DNA of 64,000 nucleotides from the NCBI GenBank assembly GCA_012026655.1, contig JAAILG010000350.1, positions 1-64,000 on the forward strand, in the 5' to 3' direction. The translations under genes and the position numbers were made by a program. This stretch comes from Hydrolagus affinis. Taxonomy: Eukaryota. The notes beneath the pieces are model-generated. The model was not told where the DNA came from. It did no database searches and worked only from the letters and a program-made list of their open reading frames with translations. Below are positions 25,977 through 38,440 of this stretch, one piece after another (the first letter of the stretch is position 1; each line of letters starts with the position of its first letter).

Positions 25977-26298
25977 TGTGGAGACTTGTAGCTCAGTGGT
26001 TAGAGCACTCGCCTTACAAGCGTGAGACCCGTGTTCGAATACAGGTAGGTCAGGGCGAAACCTTGGGCAAGTTTCCTTGCTCCACACGCTTAGTAATAAT
26101 CCCTCCAAAAAAATCACAATAATAAAATTGGTCATTTCAATCCACGACTGTGCGTGGGACACTGCTGTGCGCAATTGGCTGCCGTGTTTCGCCCACAAAT
26201 ATACAGTCAATTCACTTTACAGTATATTCTGTGAAGTGCTTTGAGATGTCTAGAAGATGTGAAAAGCGCTATATCAAATGCCAGGAATATTATTATTG
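25977..26298 (+). mobile_element. tRNA-derived SINE
   Basis: Near-consensus full-length copy. Confidence 0.93.
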
Positions 26299-28595
26299 CA
26301 AATCCACCCACTTCTAATTTTTAAATAATAAAAGCTGTTTAAAACCAACTTAGGTACTTGTCTCCAAAGCAGGAGTCTTCTGCTTCTCTCTCTTCCTTTC
26401 CTCAAGTCCCGAACCCATCAGGCAGTTATTGTTTTTTTTTAAAAAAACACAACTGACGGCTTTTCAGAAGGCATCAGACGGAAAACGGTTTTGTGCGAGT
26501 TTCTGACAAGAGCAGAGTTTGCACAAAAACAGAGCCTGCTCTTTATTTTACTTTTACTGGGCTGGCTGCACAGCTGTGCAGCCCTAAGGGGACGAGTTGT
26601 CGCTCCTGTTTTTATTGAAATATTCCCGTTTCAATTGAAGTATTTTTCCTCTCTTCATTTTGGTTAAAAAAAATGCTTTCCATCTCAGCGCAGTGTGTAA
26701 GTGCTTGCTGGTGGGAGGGAGGCTGGCTCGCAAAGGCATTTTAGGTTTGCAAGTTGTTAAAAAAACAGCGACCCAAACGCCTTGGGATATCCTCCCGATG
26801 TGAAAGGCGTTGTATGAATGCAATTTGTTGTTGTGGTGCAGCAAGTCTAGCTGTTGCCTCCTGGTATCTATTTCAATGCACCCTGTTTGCTCCTTCTCAA
26901 CCATACCAACCTGATGCTGACCGAGCCGTTTGCATATCTCTGGCAGGACAGCATTTCAAACGCTTTTAATGCTTGCGTCTTAATTACTCATGAAGGTTTG
27001 AGAACAATTCCAACGCCTCCTCAATGTTACTCTACCTCTGGCGCACCTTTGTGTGCAACTGCAACAAGTCTCAGGCGTGCTTTTTTTTTATTAAGCGCCA
27101 CCATCTCCTGATAAAAGACAAGGACCGAGAGACGCCTTTTGGAAACAAATAGGTTTTGTAAGTTATTTCAAGAATGAAATCTGCTCTAATAAAAAATGAG
27201 GAAAGAGTGTTATTTTAAAAGTCTGGTTAAGCCACTCCTAAAAAAAAGGGGGGAGGAGGGGGTGAGAATGCAGCTATGTGCAGATCAAAACCAGACCACC
27301 TTTCTGATGTGAAAAAAACAGGAGAAGAATGGCGAGGTAGCGTGCAGCTTGGTCCTTCGCCAGAGGAGCCGGAGAGAGAGAGAGAGAGAGTTCAGACACT
27401 CTGGTCAGTCTCAACTTGTCACAGATCAAAAGGACTGTGTAACCTCCCTCCTTCCCCACCCCTCCCCAAGTTTTGCCTCAAACAGTTACACTCTCAGGGT
27501 TATCGGGGATTGTGAGGCTCGTCAAAAAGCTGACCCTTTGTAAAGTCGAGCGCTTTTACAAGTAAAGAAATCATAAAAGCAGGATTAGAGCAGGTCTTCT
27601 GGTACCCTCTATCCCACAAAATAAATCCAGCATAGCAGCTCCACTGTGGAATGTGGCTCATCTCTACCTCAAGCCTGAGTCATTTACATGTAAACAGACC
27701 AGAGTTTATAGAGGTGAGGGAATGTGAGTTCCAGCTGCCCAGATACCTGCAGCCTCAGGTGATGGCTCAACCCAGACCCACTGCCTCCCCAGTAACGCTG
27801 TTTATCTCACACTCACTTTTACTTAGCAATTATAAAAAAAACATAAACAACTCTCTCTACCACACTCTCCAAAAAAAATACAGATGTCCCAAATGCATCT
27901 TGTGGGCATATGCACAGCACACTGCTGTTGCATATTTTACTGTCATTTTAGAAATTAATGAAAAACAACTTAAGCTAACCTCTTCAGGAATTCCGCAAAA
28001 CACTGTCATTTCATATTGGCAATATATTAAAAAAATTTATACTTAAAAATTCCTGCCCGAGATTTGTGCTTCACTCCCTCTCTTAAAACTACCCGCGTTT
28101 TATTGAGAAATCAGGCATCCACTTTAACTCAGCTTTAGTCCATAGCCCACGAAAGGCACAGACGGCTATCTGATGAGAATGGATTTCACACGGGGTAAAT
28201 AGCGAGCAAACATTCAATTTATAAATATTTATTTTAAAATATCCACAAATGTTAGTTGCTGTTTCTGCTTTTATTTGTAAAGCAATTCAAAAAAATCTCC
28301 ATCAGCTAAGAATTGATTTGACCATCAAGGAAAACACAAAATGATTTACCAGAGTGTGTTTTGAGGCAGCAAGCATATCTCACTATCTCATTGGCATTAC
28401 CAGCAGAGAACCATTTGACCATATTTATTATTTATACTGCATTTATTCATTATTTCACAATATATTTTGTAAATAAAAAGGGATGGTCACAACAAACGCA
28501 AAGACGGACGGAACAATTTTTTCCATTTTTTTCCCTTTCGGAGTGTCCGAGGGTTCCGGGAACTCCAGTCCTCCAGCTGAAGAGGCTACACTCAC

Positions 28596-28678
28596 CTGGG
28601 ATACAACACAGACGGAAAACACACTTGCGGAAATATTCAGCACAGCACATTGCATTAACTCTTCTTAGATTTTAACCC
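28596..28678 (-). other. BNC2: Candidate 83-nt cassette exon of BNC2 (stop-start or poison exon)
   Basis: Acceptor GTCTTTTTTTTTGTAG| and donor CCCAG|GTGAGT, both strong, on the BNC2 strand, in TE-free sequence. Confidence 0.7.
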
Positions 28679-31161
28679 CTACAAAAAAAAAGACACCAAA
28701 TGCATGTCACTGCCATGCAAGACAAACAGAGTGCAATCGACCCAATATTTTTAAACAAAGGACTATAAGCAGCAATTATTTCCCACAGTCACCTTCTCTT
28801 TTGTGCCTGCTGCTCATAGCTGAATTTCCGTCTTCTGAGCTTCAAGTGACAAGTGGTATTTTTAATATGGAAATATGAACAACTTCCCAGCTGTTATTGA
28901 AAATAATATGATTTAATTTAAACACTATAGATTCAGACGACCGAGAACAGATTAACCCGTCGAAGACTCAGTGAGTACCTTTTCTGCCACACCAATTTGG
29001 GGACCAGGACAAGATAACAGAGCTTTGTTTTGTCCCAATGAATACTGCGATCTGACATTGTTTCACAATGCTGAATATTTCTCTAATTGTACTCGGTAAA
29101 ACAATGGCACTCACAGTACGCCGTATTCACGGATATTACACAGGTTAATAGGTGTGCGTGCTTTTGAAAGCTACAAAGGACTCCCACTGCTCAAAAGGTC
29201 TATTCCAAATAAATGATGGTCTGTTTAGTGTTTCTAAATAATTTCCCCCACCAAAAATAATACCCTCCTTACCTATAATCGTTACTGAGGCGAGTGGTGA
29301 GGGCGTTGATTTTAAAAAATATATTCTGCTGCCTTACCAAAAATAAATCTACCTTGAATAACATTCTGTCATTGCACGGTAATCAAATATCAAACTGCAA
29401 TCCTCATCAGTGAGAATGGAACAAATAGCTGATAAAACAAAGACTCCTGCAATGTAACAAACATTCTCTACCTCCTGCCTGCTGTATAAATTTCAGCTGT
29501 AAAATTCCCATTAAGTGAATTTGTTCCTGCTCAATTTGTACTTTTCAACCAGTTTACGGTACAAATTACACAGTCACCTTCTGCAAGTAGCTAGTGCCTG
29601 GCTTCTGTTATTTCAGTCCCATCATCTCCTAAAATCAAAAGTAACAAGCCCAGTGAGTGCTTCGATTTCAAAAGAATCTCCTGTTACAATTTAAGCGGAG
29701 CAAACAGAATTGCTGCTAAAATCTCACGGACATTCCTGCAGCATGCATATTTCCCATGAAAAAAAAATGTAATTATGCGACAAACAAATTCACATCAAAG
29801 GAATTGACTCTCGACGATTAATGAACCCAAACGGCACTCGATCTTTTTTCACTGTTTGACATGTTTAAGCCTGCGTATGCTGAAGAAAGACAACAACGAA
29901 AATGAAACACTCCAGGATTTTGTGGTTCTACTTTAGATCACGGCAGCGAGCTCCACAGGCTTTTAATCCTGACAGCTCTCCGGATAAAGTTACACATTTG
30001 TATTCCCAAATTATGACCCAAATAAAAAAAAATGCAGTATTTATTGATCTGGTTTCATTCGCGATTCTTAAGCAAAGAGGTTATTTTCAGGCACAAACTT
30101 TGCTTATCTAGCCAGATGCAAGTGTGGATGACCCATTTCGATCAACAACCTCATGAAGTACAGAGTATGTGTGTGCTTTTTTTAAAAAAATACATGATGT
30201 TATCAGAGCTTTTCTTTTTTTAAATAATTCTATTCCATTTCAGAAATGAAACCCCACAGCATGTTTCACAAATCTGCATGTGATATCCTTGGATTTTTTA
30301 AAAATTGGTCAGATAAGGAAAGATGCAACACCGTATAAAGGAACAAGTTAAATCTCTTCAAGTATGAGTGCTACAGTGTAAACGGGACCACAAATGTTGC
30401 TCCCACACTCTCCTTATTTTGCACCGTTAGTTTATAATACATTTAGAGTAATGCTCACAAATCGCAGTGACACTTTCACCTCTTTCAGGAACGTATACTG
30501 TGTACGAGAGTCTTTGTACAGTTTAAACCTGCTCCTTTCTAAATGCGCTGTCTGACCCTTGCTGTCTTTCTGGATTAACACTTTGCGCGCTGGCTGGGAC
30601 ATCTCGTTCCCCTCCACCTTGGATTCGCTAGCTGAGGCTGCTCTCCTGATGCAAACTTTTTACTGACTGCGATGAAGAGACTGTGTCACACTGGTGCAAG
30701 GAAAGCTCAGAGCCGGGAGATAGAACAGCACAACACCGAGTGATGCTTTGCTCCAACTGCATCCGTAGAGATGTGCGGGCGGACGGGGTGGATTGTTCTC
30801 CACACTCGCTCTTACTAGTACCCGCTTGTTAAAGTCAAACAGCGCATTGGACGAATAAATCCCCCAAACCGTAAAATACCCCAACAAGAGGCAGAGTGAA
30901 CAGAAAACAGAGGCATTCTACCCAAAGTGCAAACGCCAGCACACTCATGTATGTGCTGTAACCAGGGTCCCCCTACAGGAGATATCGCAATTCACCTGCT
31001 TTAAATAGATACATCCAAAATAGTATCCCGCTCCAAACAATCTATACTGTACATACAGTAAGAAACGGTTAAACATGGGTCTGCAAATTCATTAAACGCC
31101 AGTAAGCAGGGGTTGTAATTTGGTGGAGACTCTGAGAGTGGACTTGACTGTATCAGGGTTA

Positions 31162-31540
31162 TTTATTGCCCTTTATTGTCTCTCCCCAATGACCAAACTA
31201 GGGAAGAATTCCACATGTCGGAACACTGGAAGAGAGAGGAGCAACCCCGGAGAAAGGTTGGGTTTCAACTTCCCTCCCCTGTTGGAGCAGTGTCCAAGGA
31301 GAAACTGGTGCTTTCGCTCAACAGAGCCAAACAATTTTGCCAGAAGAGCCGCAGCAGGGAGGGCACGTATCACCGAGTGCGTGGTACAGAGACACCGGCT
31401 TCTGTGATTAATTATTAGTTAGTACTGGCCCTGCAACAAGATTTCTGGTCTCCCATCAGAGTGAGCATGCCAAGTCCCAGCTGCCTGTAAAGCGGCCCCT
31501 GGTGCAGACGTAGATATGGGGAGAGCGCCAAGACCCCACT
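31162..31540 (-). other. Candidate alternative terminal exon of BNC2
   Basis: ~60-nt CT-rich tract then TAG| at 31541. Open for 41 codons in phase 0, TAA at 31417-31415. Two AATAAA at 31177-31172 and 31167-31162. Confidence 0.3.
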
Positions 31541-32134
31541 CTACCCAGAGAGAGACAGACAAACAGACAGAAAGAGAGGGACAGAGAAAGAAAGAGAGAC
31601 AGAGACCCGAAACTGTCTCCGCACAAGGCACTAATGACTCTCTGCTCGACTCTGGCAAGGATTCCAGCACAACAGCTCGACCCTTACAGCAGCGCGTAAA
31701 CCTGCATTCTACCACATGAAGCCAATTAAAGAACTCGGAGGGGCCCCGGAAACCTACTATCGGTTTCAGCTGAGGCTCTGTCATAAGGGGAGAGAGGGCT
31801 CGGTGCTCCGTTTATAATAAGCGTTAGGTACAATCATCTACACACATTACAAGCCTTGCTAGACCTCTCTGTGAAACTTACAGCAGCTGCCTGCACTTTT
31901 CTCCCCTTTCCTCTCTCCTCTGGCTAGACATAGCAGTGCTCTTAAGGAGGTAATGGAGCTCGCATGCACATTCCAGTGACAGCAACACAGCAGGTCAGTG
32001 ACAACAAATGAAACGGACTCCGTACAGTGATGAGGGGGGTGTGGGGGAAGAAGAAATATGCAACCCAATTCGCACGGAAAAAATAAAGCAGGAGAACAAA
32101 AAGCATGCGGAAATAGTCTTTGAATTAAACTCAC

Positions 32135-32230
32135 CTGTTGGGACATTCTGAATAGCAGGTTAGTCTCAGAGTTCTGCCATGTCCCCAGGAAACCAGGCTC
32201 TGTTGACGCTGTTCTTGTTCCAAACTGCAT
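32135..32230 (-). CDS. BNC2: Basonuclin 2, N-terminal coding part of an exon (equivalent to human exon 3)
   Basis: Translates to MQFGTRTASTEPGFLGTWQNSETNLLFRMSQQ, matching recalled human BNC2 MQFGTRTTTAEPGFMGTWQNADTNLLFRMSQQ. Ends exactly at a consensus phase-0 donor CAG|GTGAGT (32135/32134). The upstream in-frame RVRDFTLRDLSTNYS matches human RARDLTLRDSCTDNS. Confidence 0.95.
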
Positions 32231-32365
32231 GGAGTAGTTGGTACTTAAGTCTCTTAAAGTGAAGTCTCTTACTCTGACTCACACACACACTCTCTCTCTC
32301 ACTCGCTCTTTGTTTTCTCTCTCTCTCTCTCACTCACTCACAATCACTTCTGCTGCTTCTCCTGC
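32135..32365 (-). other. BNC2: Probable full extent of the BNC2 exon (231 nt); 5' part likely untranslated
   Basis: Acceptor CCTTTCAG| at 32366, then AGEAAEVIVSE, similar to human SEEAEVDVRE. In-frame TGA at 32332-32330 and 32281-32279. The pyrimidine tract is weak, so the exon could extend further 5' (a stronger acceptor lies at 32739). Confidence 0.65.
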
Positions 32366-33780
32366 CTGAAAGGTGTTGGTCGATTGTTACGTCTCTTGGC
32401 AGTCGACAGTAGGAGTGGAGTTAAGAAGCTGGCTGCACAGTGCTTTCCTTGGGGTCACTGCTCCTTTCGCACCTCCTGAACAGATACCCCGATCATTTAT
32501 GCATAGACTGTGACTCCCCAAGCACGCCCTGTGCAGCTCAGCAGCTGCCAGTCAGGTGTGCAAGTAGCAGTGATGAGATCCAACCATCAGCTCAACTCTC
32601 AGCCACTGGATGTCATTGGATAACAGCACTAGAGTCAAATGCACTAGCCTCGCTGGCAGGCACTGAATGACATCCTGTGGCAACCTCGCACAGACAGACC
32701 AGAAAAAAATACATCCAGCAAACACAGACCTGAACAATCTAGAAATTTAGAAAGCGAGAGACAGAGAGCAAAAGCTGTGGCACTTTCTGATAATCCTCAG
32801 CCTCTTTAGAGCCTGAGAGTGATAATAGAACTCACTCTTTGGCACTGCAAAAAGCACTCGAGTGATGGCTAGGTGTCATTAGTGTACCAATGAGAAATGA
32901 TGAGTAAATGTACACAATAGTGACACAAATGCACATTCCCCTCTCTTGGTCTGTTTGTCTGTCCATCTGATTGTCTGTCTGTCTCTCCCTAAAAGCTTTC
33001 CTACAAACTTTCCCTCAATACACAACACACACACACACGTACTGTACAGTACTTTCAATTTTCTGCCATTAGCAAAAAACACAATGGGAGAATATCAGTA
33101 ATTTAACACACACACACACAGAAAATGTATTATAAAGAATAACGCTGAATTTCACTAGATGAACATCCACCTGAATCCAAAAAAAGGTCCTGTAGGTAGG
33201 TGGAAGTTCTTTTTGTACATGTTGATCAATAGTCCCAATAGTGGCTGCAGTTCCTGAATGCTGCTGCTGCCGCCTGTCCTAACTCCCTTTAAAATTAGCT
33301 AGCCTCTTGATTTCTGAAGTGCCACTCAGTTCTCCAGTCAAGCTGCATACTCTGCTTCTGACCTTCCCACTAATGGCTGTTATTTGTGGGAGGCTAAAGG
33401 ACACTGCCAATAGCGCGCTTTCCCTTTCCACTCTGTCCCGCAGTCCTCCCCACTCCCGGCTCGCTGCCTGCCTGCCTGCCTGCAGCAGCACCAGCACCTG
33501 CAGTNNNNNNNNNNNNNNNNNNNNNNNNNNNNNNNNNNNNNNNNNNNNNNNNNNNNNNNNNNNNNNNNNNNNNNNNNNNNNNNNNNNNNNNNNNNNNNNN
33601 NNNNNNNNNNNNNNNNNNNNNNNNNNNNNNNNNNNNNNNNNNNNNNNNNNNNNNNNNNNNNNNNNNNNNNNNNNNNNNNNNNNNNNNNNNNNGAGGAATG
33701 TGCTCAAAGCGAGCCCAAGTGAGGTGGCATTACCAAACAAAGGGCTAATTTGGAGACCCTGCTGTGAACAATCTGTATTA
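32366..33780 (-). promoter_or_regulatory. Putative internal BNC2 promoter / 5' leader region
   Basis: TE-free sequence directly upstream of the ATG-bearing exon. GC-rich with CpGs and CTG/CAG runs next to the gap at 33505-33692. Possible donor AAG|GTCAGA at 33363. Confidence 0.35.
33505..33692. other. Assembly gap
   Basis: Run of N. Confidence 1.
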
Positions 33781-35264
33781 GAATTAGCCTTTTTTTAAAA
33801 AAAAACACAGCACGGCCACATAACTAAATGTGACAGACAGAGCAAAGCAGTTTATTAAGATACCAACTCCAAGTTTATTTAGTTCATAAACTTGCCCTTA
33901 GAAAAATCAATAGAGTCTGTACAGGGATTATTAGGCTGACTAACTAATACATCCAGGCCTGGCGTTCCCAACCCGAGTGTTAGACAATAAGCTGCCAGAG
34001 AGGTCTCAGTGTCAGAGAAATGTGCGTTTTTTTTTATTTTACTCTACCATGGACATCTACAGACAAAACAACCCAGACACCGAGGATGACCCTGTCTGGA
34101 TCTACCCAGAGGAAAGCTGGGATTTGTCATACAAGAATGTGAAAGAATCTCCAAGTTTTACATCATCCAAACTCTTATCTCTATATCCTCTCACACTTTC
34201 TTTTTCATACAGAAGAAACCACTCGAGTCTGCTCAGCGGCCGCAGCTTGAATTCCAGATTCTTTTGACGATGGGGCAAAAACATCCAGTAAGGATTTTCT
34301 TACACGAGGGAAAAAATACAGCTACAATCCGGTGTCAGGCCTAAGGGATGAGACCATTTTAAGCTGTGTGAAAAGAACGCAAAAGCATGAATATACTTTG
34401 TTGCCACGTGCTTGCTTAAAACTAAATTGTTCACCAGATCAGCTCCACTCAGGACATTCAAGGAAACAAAAGCACTGCCACAACTGATGTCAGTCACTCT
34501 GTGCGTCTCCTGTGTAAGCAAGTTTGTGGAAGGGTGCTCAGTAGTTGTGAAATAAAATAACAGCAAAAATATGCAATAACTTTCATTGAGATGTACAGCG
34601 TGGATTAAGAATGAAGAAGTGACAGGGTAGTTAGTGACTCACTGTGCTCTGTGTGCACACACTGGTGTCAATGTCATGACTTCTCCCACAGTACCGGGAA
34701 TGTGCGCGGGAGGGGGAAATAACGGGTCTCACCGTCCCATTGTACAGCATTCACTGTACAAAAGAACAGTTACCTGCCTCTCACTGAACACAATTTATTT
34801 GTATCTCATTCATTATCCTTTCAGTATTTCACAAGCCGGTATAATTTCAAGTTCGTGCAGAAAAAAAACTTTCATTTAAAACATAAGAATTTCTGAAAAA
34901 CAGAATCTTTTTATCGAGCATATTGGGGGTCTCACTTGCAAGATTTCTTAAACGCATTTTTTAAACAGCTCTGGAGGTAATTCGTATTGGAGCGGAGTTC
35001 CCACGGGTCGGTGTAATTTACATCTGCTTACTCCACAGAAGAAGTCCTCATTCACGTGACTCCTGCTTTCTCATAAGGAATCTCATTAAAATATGTCGCC
35101 AATCTGACCCCACTGTCAATAGTATTGGGAATCTTCGCCTGCACTTGATTATAATTTTGTCATTGACAATGTATTTAAAACATCACCTGTGCCAGTGATT
35201 CTTCATAAAAGTGCAGAAGTGATTGGAAAGTTGGGCTCTTCTGATTTTTTTCTCGATGTTCTCT

Positions 35265-35528
35265 TGTGGAGTCCTGTAGCTCAGTGGTTAGAGCACTCGC
35301 CTTACAAGCGAGAGACCTGGATTTGATTCCAGGCAGGGCGAAACCTTAGGCAAGTTTCCTTACTCCACGTGCTTGTGGGGCACTGGTGTGCACAATTGTC
35401 TGCCGCATTTCACCCATAAATATACAGTCAATTCACTTTTCAGAGTATTTTGTGAAGCATTTTGAGATGTCTAGAAGATGTGAAAAGCGCTCTGTCAAAT
35501 GCATGGATTATTATTTATTATTATTATT
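35265..35528 (+). mobile_element. tRNA-derived SINE with an internal deletion
   Basis: Head joined directly to the central block; the A-rich middle is missing. Confidence 0.9.
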
Positions 35529-35877
35529 CCTGGTCCAACAAAAATTAAAGCTGCTTATTTCAGGAAAACTGTAAATGTGAGCCTGCTGCTTATTTTGTAA
35601 AAAGAGATAAGAGCTCTCCCCCCATAACCCCATTTGGAAAAGCAAAATTAAAATAGGTCAAAAATATTAGGATTGTTAAAACAGTGTTATTTCTACACAA
35701 AAATCCCCGAAAGAATCCTCAGTTAACAATGATAGTAAACATTAATCTATCCTGCTGATCAGGCTTCAGATGGAGAGAATCCTTGTTATTCAGCAACATG
35801 AACAATATCAGTTGATCAATTCTCGAACAAAAAGTTTGATATAATAATATTATTATTATTAATAATATTAATATACA

Positions 35878-36250
35878 GTGTTTGAGGGTGTTTCTGAACG
35901 AATGTGTGAATGTCTGTGTGCACGTGTGAGTATCTTTATATCACTGGGTATGTATTTGAGCAGTGTGCGTGAGAGTGCATATGCTTGTGAGTCTGTACAT
36001 GATTGTGTCTTGTATGAGGTGTTTGTGTGGGTGTCTGTAAACATGATTTTCTGTGTGTAAGCGTGTTTATAAGTGGATATATGTGAGTGTTTTTCTGTGT
36101 CTATGAGTGTGTAGATGAATGTATTTTTGGGTGTACATATAGATGTTTGTGAGTGTGTTTATGAGTGTGTGTGTGCGTGTGTGGATGTATGTTTGTGTGA
36201 GTGTATTTGTGAGTGTGTATAGGTAGATGTGTGTGTATGTGTGTGGGTGG
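35878..36250. repeat. Degenerate TG/CA-rich low-complexity tract
   Basis: ~370 bp dominated by TGTG/TATG/TGAG. Confidence 0.9.
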
Positions 36251-37544
36251 ACACTGAAATAAAAGGTATACTGTGTGGATATCATGATTGATAATTTGCT
36301 GACAGCGAGTTAAATCAGGCAGGAGGGGCAATATCTCTCTGAGCATCAGCAGTGCAGGGAACTGGGTTAAAGATCAGTGGTTTGTCCATGTGACACACTC
36401 CAAAGTGTTACTAATGGCTCGGCAGGACAGAACTGTCACTGTTGCTGCCCAACATGGCATGGCCTCGCGTCATCACATGACAATCAGATCACCTCCGAGG
36501 CACAGGCAAAGAGAAAGAGCAGCGATCGTTTCTCGAAGTGGAACAAAGCAAGCAAACACTATCTTGCCAGACCTCGTGTTCTTGCCGCCCAACAAAGATA
36601 TAATACATTTTAACACACGAGCAAGTACGCCATTCGCGATGGTGGATTTCACCCAGCGGCCTGTACATGGAACCAGCTGTCTGCAGCGTGGACATGTGCC
36701 CTTCAGCCCCCACAAAATATCGTCAATTCACTTTAAAGTATATCCTATTAAGCACTTTGAGACGTCTCAACAGCACGTTAAAGCGCTCTATCAAATGCTA
36801 GGATTATTATTATGGAGCCGGCAGTCTGCTTGGTGATCACTGTGTGTTTGTGAAGAGAGACTAGTTCTCTTGCTGATAAAAACAGCCACAGTCTGCAGTG
36901 GCTGCACTCAGCCCTAGTTTCAGCAATTTTCTTACAACGCCCTCATCGATGCTGATCAGTTACCGAGCTTCAGGTTTGCTTCACCTCTGGCAGTAACAGC
37001 ACAACTGTCCTGATAGATTCCCAGTTGGTGTCTTACATCTTTCATGTCACCCTCGACCTGTTACATCTAACAGCATTGTGACAATAGAGATTCCAAAGTA
37101 AGCACGTTTGATTTCACTGAAAGGACGGCTCAAGTATACTTCAGGGGATTACTGCTGGAGTCAAGACAGGGTGCTTAGCACAAGTGTTGTACACAGGCCA
37201 ATGTTGTGTGATTCTCACGGTTGAATTTATTTTCAACCAAGGTTAGTGGGTCTTAATGAAAGTGTTATAATTGGTAGCTGAAAGCTGAAAGCCTGTAGGA
37301 AGAGAGTCATATTAAGAGGATGTGGGGGAGAGGGGGGGTTGGGGAGAGATGGGGAAGCTGAGTTGATCCCCCCCAATCCAAGTACTGAGGCTTTTGTAGT
37401 CTTATCAACTTTCCTATACACATGATGAGTATAGCGACAAGATGTTTTTGTATCTTTGTAGGTACAAAAGCAACGTACAGAAAGAAGCCAAGTGTATTGA
37501 CCTAAATGTAACCAGCAATTCTACAAAGCATGTAATGTATGCAA

Positions 37545-37850
37545 TATCAATATAATAATCCTGACATTTGAAGTAGCGCCTTATCATGCCATTGAGACAT
37601 CTCAAAACACTTCACAGGATACACCGAGAAGTTAATTGACTGTATTTTTTGGGTGGGATGTGGCAACAACAACAACAACTTTGATTTATATAGTGCCCTC
37701 CACGCTGGACGGCGTCTCAGAGCGCTGTCCGGCAACCCAGTTATGCGTAGCAGTGTCTCATAAACAGTCATGGAGTGAGTGGCCAATTTCATTTAGGTGA
37801 TTTATTGGCCAGGAAACCGGGAGAAACCCCCTATTCTTTGCAATAGGATC
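37545..37850 (-). mobile_element. Older SINE interrupted by a solo L2 tail
   Basis: Reverse tail and central block with a (CAA)n...TATAGTGCC insert at ~37663-37725. Confidence 0.7.
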
Positions 37851-38440
37851 AAGAACTCAACTTGGACCACCCTTCTCCCTCCCACCCACCGTCACCATCC
37901 CCCATTCTGGGCAATCAGAGATGGCCCTGATTTATCATGGTCCCCAGAGGTCAGTGTGAAAACACGAGGCAAGTACAGAACACTTCTGTTTTTCGTACTG
38001 AGATACCATCTTCAAACGCTTCTAGACTTCAGTGTTCATTAGTTTACCCCACCCTTACAAAAAATATGGGTATTGTATATGTAACTTCTGATGGAAAAAA
38101 AAGAGAATTTGCAACTGAATTGGAAACAATAGATTTGGGTGGAAAATAAAAGGAAGGACAAGAGAGATTATATCCACTTGCTTACTTCACCACAAATACA
38201 GGACTTGCTCAAACACTAGGCAGGAACGTGTTGCAGATGCTCCATTGTATCACGTCGGGTTACCTTTCTGATGATACAGCAGAATCCTTGGACCTTTGTT
38301 ACTCCTGGAAAGGGCATTTAAGAGAGTCGGACAAACTCAATCAGATATGTTATATCCTCTTCATCCAGCGTAACCAAGAACACAATATTACTTGGTGGGA
38401 TAATTTGGTGGGAAATATAATAATAATAAACATCCTTGTA

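Noticed and set aside
25977-26055. tRNA-Val/Ala-like sequences (TAGCTCAGTGGTTAGAGCACTCGCCTTACAAG...GTTCGAAT), many copies
   Set aside because: Each runs into the SINE body and lacks a proper acceptor stem, so they are SINE heads rather than tRNA genes.
31859-32134. Continuation of the 123-aa ORF past MSQQ
   Set aside because: Homology stops exactly at a consensus donor, so the remainder is intron read-through.
32279-32332. Two in-frame TGAs as possible selenocysteine or readthrough codons
   Set aside because: TGA arises readily in GT/GA repeats, the positions do not correspond to Cys in human, and no SECIS can be assessed here.
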